Origin: Bacillota bacterium
GTDB lineage: Bacteria; Bacillota_I; Bacilli_A; RF39; UBA660
NCBI GenBank assembly: GCA_015059485.1
Contig: SVAH01000004.1
Coordinates: 15,822 to 79,821, forward strand
Reading direction: 5' to 3'
DNA length: 64,000 bases
In this document: piece by piece, positions 57,901-64,000 of the stretch
Numbering within the stretch: the first letter of the stretch is position 1
Layout: each line of letters begins with the position of its first letter
The notes under the pieces: generated by a model
Seen by the model: the letters and a program-made list of their open reading frames with translations, nothing else
Told to the model about the DNA's origin: nothing
Database searches by the model: none
Made by a program: the position numbers and the translations under genes

Positions 57901-60900
57901 CACTTTTAGAGCTTATCTCTCCATTATTTATAGTAAGTTTCTTTCTGTTTTCTATTCCATTATTATCTTGTGCAGTTATTTTGGTGTTATTATTAATAGT
58001 AGCCTCTCCAAGATTTTGCATTACTGTTCTAGAAATTGAATCATAAACTCCACCATTAAATGTTATATTACCATTTTCTTTATTAATTATAGTCCAGTTT
58101 TTTGATTGCATATTTGGATTTGTAAGTACTAGTGTTCCATTATTGGTTACAATGTTTGCATAATCATTTCCATTAGTAGAACTTATTGAAAAATTACCAC
58201 TTTCAATTGTCATATTTGAATTATTAATAAGCATTGATATTGCTTCTGTTGTAGATATTGTTCCAGTTGTTTTACCATCTTTAATTGTAAATGTTCCATT
58301 ATTAGTTATAGGTTGCGTTGTTTGATAAGTATTATCATTTAAATCAAAAGTTATATTCATACCTTCTGGTATTTCAACTGGAACTTTTTGAACTTCTGGT
58401 GTTGCAGTAAGTGTCATTGTTCCAGTATTTCCAGCTTTTTGAATTACGGAAATTGCTTTTTTCAAAGAATTATATTCTGTTCCATTTACTTCAACAAAAT
58501 TATCTTGTTCTTTTAAATATGCTGTTTTATATTCAACACTATCTATCATTTCAGTATCATTTATAACAGATGTTGCATCAGGTATTTCTGAAATTGTTAC
58601 TTGATATGCTGCTGTTTTCCCTTTTAAAATACCATCATAGAATTTTAAATATCCCTTATTAAAGGTAACATTATTAATACTTGATGTTCCTCCTTGTATA
58701 ACAGGTTTTGTTGTATCTACAGAAGTTTCAGCATCACCAAGTGTTACTTTACTATCCGAAGCAAGTTTTATACCATATGTTCCACCTATTACTGTTCCAT
58801 TTTTCAAATTCAATGTTCCATTTGCCATATTTATTGCTTCTTTATTAGCTGGAGATGTTACTGTAATATTTTCAACGTTTGCTGTTCCACCGATATACAT
58901 AGCTGTATTTGTTTCACTAGTAACATTTGCATTTGTTATATTTGTTGTTGAAGAATAAAGATATATACCATAATTGCTAGTTCCTGTAAAAGTACCACTT
59001 GTTATTGTTACATTTCCACCAGTTACATTCAAACCATAAATTCCCTTTAAAGTAACATTTTCTAAAGTTAATGTAGAATTACTATCAACTCCATAATTAG
59101 TAGTAGATGTTGCAGTAACATTTTTTAAAGTCATAGTTTTTTTATTTATTAAAGATGCTCTATTAGATGTAACATTTCCACCATTCATTGTAAACGTTCC
59201 TTCTGAGAATATAGCATCATATCCTGATTCAATTTCAGCTGTTGTAATATCAACTACACCTGTATTTGTATTTTTAATTACATACATATTATTATTTGCA
59301 TTAGTATTTACGAGCTTTCCTTTTAATATATTCAAATCTTTTTCATTATTTATTAAAACAATTTTTGAATCAGTTCTAATAGTACCATTTGTTTTACTAT
59401 CTTTAATAGTAAGTGTTCCTTTGTTTGTTATTGACTGTGCTGTATCATATGTACAACCATTTAAATCAAATGTTATATCTTTACCAGCTGGTATTTCAAT
59501 TGCAACTTTTTGAGTATCTGGTGTTTTAAACATTTGTATTTCACCAGTTGTCTGTATCTTACCAATTGCAGTTTTTAATGAATTATATTCTTTACCATTT
59601 AATAATAAGAAGTTTTCTTGTCCCTTTAAATATGCTTTTTCATATTCTACGTTATTTATTGTTTCATTTGAAGTTGTTATTTCCATAGCATCTGGTATTT
59701 CATAAACTATTCCTTCAATACCTTTTACTGTTCCCATTAATACACCATCATACAAAGAAACATTACCATTTTTTATATACAATCCATGTGTTCCACCTTT
59801 TATAACTGGTGTTGTAATATCAAGTGTCTCATTATTTTCTCCAATTATTAAATCAGAACTACTAATATTGTAAATTCCATAAGTTTCACCAGTTATTGTT
59901 CCACCTTTTATCGTTGCATTTCCTTGTTTATATAATCCATAAGTTCCACCAATTATTGTTCCACCAGTAATTTCTAATTCTTCTTTTTTACCATCTGCAT
60001 AACATTGTTCCACTCCTGCAGTTGTTCCTTCAATTGTTCCACCTTTAATGTAAACTTTGCCACAATTGTAATGCCATGTACTACCATACCAAGAATATAG
60101 ATCATTATCTATTCCAACATTTCCTGTGAATGTTCCATTATTAACCGTTAAATTTGCTGATGAACCTTGATTTGTAATTCCCGCTAATGTTTGAGATGTA
60201 AATGTTCCATTATTTATTATTGTTTTATTAGTATTAAAAAGTCCACTTCCAGTATTAGATGAATAATTTCCATCATTTATTGTTAGATTAGATTCATTAT
60301 GTATAGAATCTTTTGTTGTAGTAATTGTAGCATCATTTATTACTAAATCTTTTTTATTATGAATTCCACCTTTTTCATCATTTATAGAAATATCCTCTAC
60401 TGTTAAAGTTTTTTCATTGTATACTGCATAATCATTTGGGCCTGATTTATAATCACCATCTATAATTTTTAGAATTCCATTATTTCTTAATCCTTCTATA
60501 TGTCCTCCTGATAAAGTAACTTCACTTGTTGATTCATTATACACTGCATACCCATTTGCTTTTAAATACGTTTTACTATCAAGTGTGACTGTTCCATTTG
60601 CTCTTATATCAAGTGCATATCCACCTAATGCAGTTAGTGTTGTATTAGATAATGTAGCATTTCCACTATTAATTACTACGTTATCAGATGTAGTTTGAGT
60701 TATATCTATATCTTTTATTGTTAAATTTCCATTATTTGTTATAGCAACTGATTGATTAATTTCACCAGTCTTTTTTGTATCCTTTATGGTTAGATTTCCA
60801 TTATTTGTTATAGAATAACCAGTATCAATTGTATATCCATCTAAATCTATTATAGCATTTGCATTATTATTTATGGTTAATGTATATGCTGCTTCGAAAT

Positions 60901-62260
60901 TTCTTATTATAGTTATATCCAATTCATTTATACTTGCTGTATTTATTGCATCTTGAAGATTAAAATATAATACATCTGAACCTTGTGTTGTTTTTGCTAC
61001 TGCTCTTGTTGTTGATTCAATTAAATATTCTACTTGGTAATCCCTAACATTATCATGGTCAACAAAAGCAAAGTATCCATCTGGTGTTGCATCAAGTACA
61101 CCATTTATTGCTATTTTACCTTCTACTTTTCCATCATAGAAATTTAATATTCCTGTATCTTTTATTCCATTTATTTCACCAGTTATTTTTATAGAAGTTG
61201 TTGATACATTTCCATCATTATATCCAATATTTAAAGTACCACTATTATCTATTGCAATGTTAGAAGAATTTAATAAATTACCATGATCAATAGTAATATT
61301 TCCTGTATTTACTAATTTACCTTCTACTGTAAATCCACCATAATCTATTCTTAAAGTTTTATTATTTGCATACGTTTCTTCAGTATCCTTTAATATTTCA
61401 ATTAAATCATCAGTATTTGCATCATTGATAGCATTTTGAATAGTTGAATAATATGTATCATTTATTTTTGCAACAACATTATCTGATACTCTCCAATTAG
61501 CTATAACTTCAATTGAATTATTTTCCATTGTAATAGTATTTCCTGAAAGTGGCTGCTCATTTATTGTCCATCCTACAAATTCATAAGCATCGCTTCTTGT
61601 AGGTATACCTATTTCGTATTCATCACCATTTTCCATTTTTATTTTTGTTTTTTTATCACTATTGTTATAAATTCCACCATTAGGATTAATTGTTAAAGTA
61701 TGTACACCTGCTTCTTCTGCATCTTCTTTAGTATCTATACCAACTGTGCCAAAAAATGAAACACCTTGACTTAAATCTTGCTTTTGATCTTCTAAATATT
61801 TATACTCTACTATTAATTTGTAATATTGTATTTTTGGCGATGCTTCTATTGGTATATTAACTTTTAAATATGATTTACCTATTTTAGTATTTGGCAATTT
61901 AGCTTCATCAACTACTGTATCTAAATCATTTCCAGAATTATCTGTTTCTACTATTTTATAAACTAAATCATCACTAAATTCATTAGTAACATTTTCCATA
62001 TAAATATTATAATTAAGTTCTTTATTAGATTTATTTTCAACAGTAAAGTTTTTTATATATGTCTCACCAGGTACCATAGTTGGGAAAGATATTTCCTCAA
62101 TTCCAGTATATACTAAATCTAATTCGTTTGTTTTAAGATTTGTAACAGTTTCATTTATTTTTTCTACATTTGATTTATAGAAAGAATATGAAACACCTGT
62201 AAAAATTAACAGAACAAGTAACATACCAATTATGAATAATGTTAATTTTTTACTCTTCAT
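54905..62260 (-). CDS. Giant (2,451 aa) secreted surface protein. It has a TasA/camelysin-like N-terminal domain, a long array of right-handed parallel beta-helix (PbH1-type) repeats, a second TasA-like domain near the C-terminus, and a terminal LamG/concanavalin-like domain
   Basis: The N-terminus MKSKKLTLFIIGMLLVLLIFTGVSYSFYKSN...ELDLVYTGIEEISFPTMVPGETYIKNFTVENKSNKELNYNIYMENVTNEF is homologous to the 17779-19557 N-terminus. The middle has many NNGTLTIKD/TNNGNLTI/IxNxGxL repeat turns. The C-terminal region ...DMYITNLSSGFDSTNLVYTVKD... is a second TasA-like copy, followed by a jellyroll-like tail. Confidence 0.75.
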   Translation of the reverse strand: MKSKKLTLFIIGMLLVLLIFTGVSYSFYKSNVEKINETVTNLKTNELDLVYTGIEEISFPTMVPGETYIKNFTVENKSNKELNYNIYMENVTNEFSDDLVYKIVETDNSGNDLDTVVDEAKLPNTKIGKSYLKVNIPIEASPKIQYYKLIVEYKYLEDQKQDLSQGVSFFGTVGIDTKEDAEEAGVHTLTINPNGGIYNNSDKKTKIKMENGDEYEIGIPTRSDAYEFVGWTINEQPLSGNTITMENNSIEVIANWRVSDNVVAKINDTYYSTIQNAINDANTDDLIEILKDTEETYANNKTLRIDYGGFTVEGKLVNTGNITIDHGNLLNSSNIAIDNSGTLNIGYNDGNVSTTSIKITGEINGIKDTGILNFYDGKVEGKIAINGVLDATPDGYFAFVDHDNVRDYQVEYLIESTTRAVAKTTQGSDVLYFNLQDAINTASINELDITIIRNFEAAYTLTINNNANAIIDLDGYTIDTGYSITNNGNLTIKDTKKTGEINQSVAITNNGNLTIKDIDITQTTSDNVVINSGNATLSNTTLTALGGYALDIRANGTVTLDSKTYLKANGYAVYNESTSEVTLSGGHIEGLRNNGILKIIDGDYKSGPNDYAVYNEKTLTVEDISINDEKGGIHNKKDLVINDATITTTKDSIHNESNLTINDGNYSSNTGSGLFNTNKTIINNGTFTSQTLAGITNQGSSANLTVNNGTFTGNVGIDNDLYSWYGSTWHYNCGKVYIKGGTIEGTTAGVEQCYADGKKEELEITGGTIIGGTYGLYKQGNATIKGGTITGETYGIYNISSSDLIIGENNETLDITTPVIKGGTHGLYIKNGNVSLYDGVLMGTVKGIEGIVYEIPDAMEITTSNETINNVEYEKAYLKGQENFLLLNGKEYNSLKTAIGKIQTTGEIQMFKTPDTQKVAIEIPAGKDITFDLNGCTYDTAQSITNKGTLTIKDSKTNGTIRTDSKIVLINNEKDLNILKGKLVNTNANNNMYVIKNTNTGVVDITTAEIESGYDAIFSEGTFTMNGGNVTSNRASLINKKTMTLKNVTATSTTNYGVDSNSTLTLENVTLKGIYGLNVTGGNVTITSGTFTGTSNYGIYLYSSTTNITNANVTSETNTAMYIGGTANVENITVTSPANKEAINMANGTLNLKNGTVIGGTYGIKLASDSKVTLGDAETSVDTTKPVIQGGTSSINNVTFNKGYLKFYDGILKGKTAAYQVTISEIPDATSVINDTEMIDSVEYKTAYLKEQDNFVEVNGTEYNSLKKAISVIQKAGNTGTMTLTATPEVQKVPVEIPEGMNITFDLNDNTYQTTQPITNNGTFTIKDGKTTGTISTTEAISMLINNSNMTIESGNFSISSTNGNDYANIVTNNGTLVLTNPNMQSKNWTIINKENGNITFNGGVYDSISRTVMQNLGEATINNNTKITAQDNNGIENRKKLTINNGEISSKSGIYEYNSNSEITVNGGTIIGKNGIGINGGGKITVKGGNVKSLTTTGIYASGTFTVEGGVIESPKNAIETYNGTTKILGGEVTGGVYGVYNNAPSSKIIIGSNEDSLDTTSPVIKGESYGIYTIAFNANGYLYFYDGIIKGIVDATNIGYSNVLENSQVKVDTETIDDNTYITNTLETEDWLVNNGMTDFKNLQTAITESPDGSTLTLKRNASIYYPITNSKNITIDMVGYSLTMSKGITNSGTLTIKDSTNSGNSKIKETHLYNTVTNSKTLNLSNISFENSLTDRYQIYNNGTNGVVTITNCSFDGKKGIESTNELILENVNTNVTDTAIRNTGALTATGGNIYGKSYAISDYSTKDSTFTDVILKSDSSSFYKSSNSNIMIDNSNTTDSIVGNITYYATMKFDITNIKLNGSINNSRSGIVTIDSSELNGTINNSGTLNLKDSSDIYEHKSGNITLVTNTGTLNLDNSTLKIKKESSNTSNELTTLYNTGTVVVDDSDIIKNDTSIMNTKHYAIRNNNSGNITINSGNVISTGGKISYGIYNENASSKVTIKSGNIDVSNARNAYGIYANKGEVVLGEYDGSGLPNVPKQNDPYVIGVGIDTGIGVKKIDGLFKYYDGVIVGSTEAKPESTTEVEYKYETTFELYEGTGYQKCYLEYLEGPSLIIKQELGEDKDVIVRYFSTNSMNCTIGENESCTKTIKIDNTSNKLKSFDMYITNLSSGFDSTNLVYTVKDTNGNVIIENKSLGNGDTIKLLEDQNINWNYSEKYIIEIENTGNTSKTFDCDFGVQLVDPNLTFDMTGVNWYFDNSNLVSGSKVWENKVLGNADFTINEGVTISDGNLFLTGKANNNLKLEKYDNITIYVVAKALDNANIIMTGNGSTASPLAGIAANTDHDITFTHYVNQTHYTSTTNATKYNVISISYDSINNVSKYFINGELVYTDINNGYYEPNYWLGNYGRYTANRNIYYKMVAIANEKHDDNTIIANQKYLINTYGID

Positions 62261-62349
62261 ATCCCTTCACCTACTATAATAAATTATACCAATTTTTTTT
62301 GATATTGTAAATGAATTGAAGCAAATAAAAAAGTAGATTTTTTCTACTT

Positions 62350-62907
62350 TTAATACCCTTTTTTCTTATAATATTTGTATAATTCTTTAAATCTATTAAA
62401 ATGAACTATTTCCCTTTGTCGCAAAAATAATAATGGCCTTATTACATCTTCATCATCACATAAGTCTATTAAATTTTCATAAACAGCTCTTGCTTTTTCT
62501 TCAGCAGCCATATCCTCTGATAAATCTGCTATTGGATCTCCTGTGACTGCTATATATGCAGTTGTAAATGGTATTCCTGATGCATTAGACGGATATGTTC
62601 CAAATCCATGTTCAGCATATAAATCAGAAAGACCTGCTTGTTTCATTTCTTCAACAGTTGCTCCTTTAGTAAGTCCCTTAATCATTGCTACTATCATTTC
62701 ACAATGTCCTAATTCTTCAGTAGCGATATCATTTAAAAGTGCTTTTCCTTTTTCATCTGGCATTGAAAATTTTTGGCTAAAATATCTTAAGGCAGCTGCA
62801 AGTTCTGAATTTGGTCCTCCAAATTGAGTATACATTATTTTAGCCATTTTTAAATTTTTCCTTTTTATGTCTACTGGAAAATTTAATGTTTTCATATATT
62901 TATACAT
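62350..62907 (-). CDS. cotJC: CotJC-like manganese catalase family (spore coat protein CotJC)
   Basis: The track ORF extends to 62982, but the likely start is the ATG at 62907, with GGAGG 8 nt upstream. Motifs MYTQFGGPNSELAAALRYFSQ and ATEELGHCEMI match CotJC (QYGGASGELGAAMQYLNQ, ATEELGH). Confidence 0.75.
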   Translation of the reverse strand: MYKYMKTLNFPVDIKRKNLKMAKIMYTQFGGPNSELAAALRYFSQKFSMPDEKGKALLNDIATEELGHCEMIVAMIKGLTKGATVEEMKQAGLSDLYAEHGFGTYPSNASGIPFTTAYIAVTGDPIADLSEDMAAEEKARAVYENLIDLCDDEDVIRPLLFLRQREIVHFNRFKELYKYYKKKGY

Positions 62908-63373
62908 ACATACTACCTCCAATATTTTCCCATGGCCATGGATTTTCATCCCATTTATATTCCATTTGATTTGTCTCATCAATAGTTAGTGGTCCATATT
63001 TTTTGGAATATGCATCTTTTAATTCCATACATTTTTTTGTATACATCTTAAACCTCTCATACATTTCTTTATCTTCTGGATATAAATCTAAATAAAGATT
63101 AATATCATTTATTGCAAAATCAATTTCCATTATTTCATATAATAGATATTCTTTTTCATTTTTAGGTTTAAGTGGTAAATAAGTTAAATCTTTATATGGA
63201 TCATATAAATTTCCAAACATATTTCCTCTTAAAAACCCCTCTTTAGATGAAACTAATTTTGAATCACCATATTTTTTTATTTTTTTATCATCTATCATAG
63301 TTATATCTTCAATTTTAACTTCTTGCGGTATCATAGGCATACCAAAGTCAAAATCATTTCCATCAAAAAACAT
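62900..63373 (-). CDS. cotJB: CotJA-CotJB fusion-like spore coat protein (CotJA-like N-part, CotJB-like C-part)
   Basis: 157 aa. The N-part motif EGFLRGNMFGNLYDPY resembles the CotJA motif ALQKGTLWKDLYDFY. The C-part IMEIDFAINDINLYLDLYPEDKEMYERF...KKYGPL...PWPWE matches CotJB. No in-frame stop separates the two parts. Confidence 0.6.
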   Translation of the reverse strand: MFFDGNDFDFGMPMIPQEVKIEDITMIDDKKIKKYGDSKLVSSKEGFLRGNMFGNLYDPYKDLTYLPLKPKNEKEYLLYEIMEIDFAINDINLYLDLYPEDKEMYERFKMYTKKCMELKDAYSKKYGPLTIDETNQMEYKWDENPWPWENIGGSMYV

Positions 63374-63436
63374 TTTTTTCTATTCTCCCTTCTAGGATAT
63401 ATTATGAAATAATAAAAAAATAGCCATTATAAATGC

Positions 63437-63931
63437 CTATTTAAATAATGATATTAGTACATCAACTACATATATAACGGTTAATAAAAATGTTAATGAC
63501 TTTGGAATTTTTTTTATAAATTTAACTATTTTAGGAATTACGTAATATACTGAAATTACAGAAAGTATTCCCCATACCAAAGCTACTTCTAAAGACATAT
63601 AATGACCAATATTAAAATGATAATTATCGTAATTCCAATAAATTACATTTTTAGTTTTTTCAATAATAAATCCAGTTAATCCTTCAAGTAAAGACAAAAC
63701 TATAGATATAGAAAAATAATATATTATTTTTTCCTTTTTCTTAGAATAGTTTAACCTGTTAATCATATAATAAACGATTAACATTATATAAACTGCAAAT
63801 CCATAAACACTTGTCCAAGGTCCATAAAGGACACTACTATTATATGATTTTCCAATGATAAACATAAGTATTTCTTCAAAAAAGTATCCCATAATTGAAA
63901 ATAATAAATATAAATTTATATAAAAGTACAT
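63437..63931 (-). CDS. Hypothetical polytopic membrane protein
   Basis: 164 aa with 4-5 hydrophobic helices. Confidence 0.4.
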   Translation of the reverse strand: MYFYINLYLLFSIMGYFFEEILMFIIGKSYNSSVLYGPWTSVYGFAVYIMLIVYYMINRLNYSKKKEKIIYYFSISIVLSLLEGLTGFIIEKTKNVIYWNYDNYHFNIGHYMSLEVALVWGILSVISVYYVIPKIVKFIKKIPKSLTFLLTVIYVVDVLISLFK

Positions 63932-64000
63932 ATTTTATTCACCTATTTATTAGTTTACACAAATAATATTCAATCATGTGTACAATTTATCAAAAACATC

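Overview
AT-rich (about 25-30% GC by eye) window from a low-GC Gram-positive chromosome, probably a spore-forming Firmicute: it carries cotJA/B/C-like genes, a SigF/G-type sigma factor and a SpoIIAA-like STAS protein. The standard genetic code is in use and nearly every gene is on the minus strand. Housekeeping content: a truncated rimP, then nusA, ylxR, infB, rbfA and truB in the usual order (no L7Ae gene), murF, a P-type ATPase, ssb, a solitary sufB, rmuC, a heterodimeric ABC exporter with a MarR regulator, and three tRNAs (Met-CAT, Arg-ACG, Pro-TGG). The most unusual material is in the accessory parts. (1) A giant minus-strand ORF starts at 12107 and runs off the left edge, giving more than 4,000 aa in-window. 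It is absent from the ORF track only because it has no in-window stop. It encodes a signal peptide, four approximately 300-aa glycine-rich modules (GGxGG..., WYGGGG, GGGGSxFIW motifs) and dozens of about 85-90 aa cadherin-like beta-sandwich repeats. (2) A small family of proteins shares a TasA/camelysin-like N-terminal domain preceded by a SipW-cognate-type signal motif (STYAFFS, VSYSFY, IDYSSY). The domain is fused to three different passengers: a non-catalytic FGE-sulfatase/DUF1566-like lectin-fold domain (17779-19557), a related lectin-like domain (38096-39364), and a 2,451-aa parallel beta-helix plus LamG-like giant adhesin (54905-62260, which also has an internal second TasA-like copy). 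(3) An MvaI/BcnI-like PD-(D/E)XK restriction endonuclease has no methyltransferase partner and sits beside the tRNA-Arg/tRNA-Pro pair. (4) An anti-sigma-antagonist-like STAS gene lies directly upstream of a sigma factor with no kinase between them, and its phospho-serine position is replaced by Glu. (5) An unusual operon: unknown 485-aa protein, Cys-rich protein, sufB. No CRISPR arrays, rRNA, or clear integrase/transposase were seen, except one Rpn-family nuclease-transposase-like gene.
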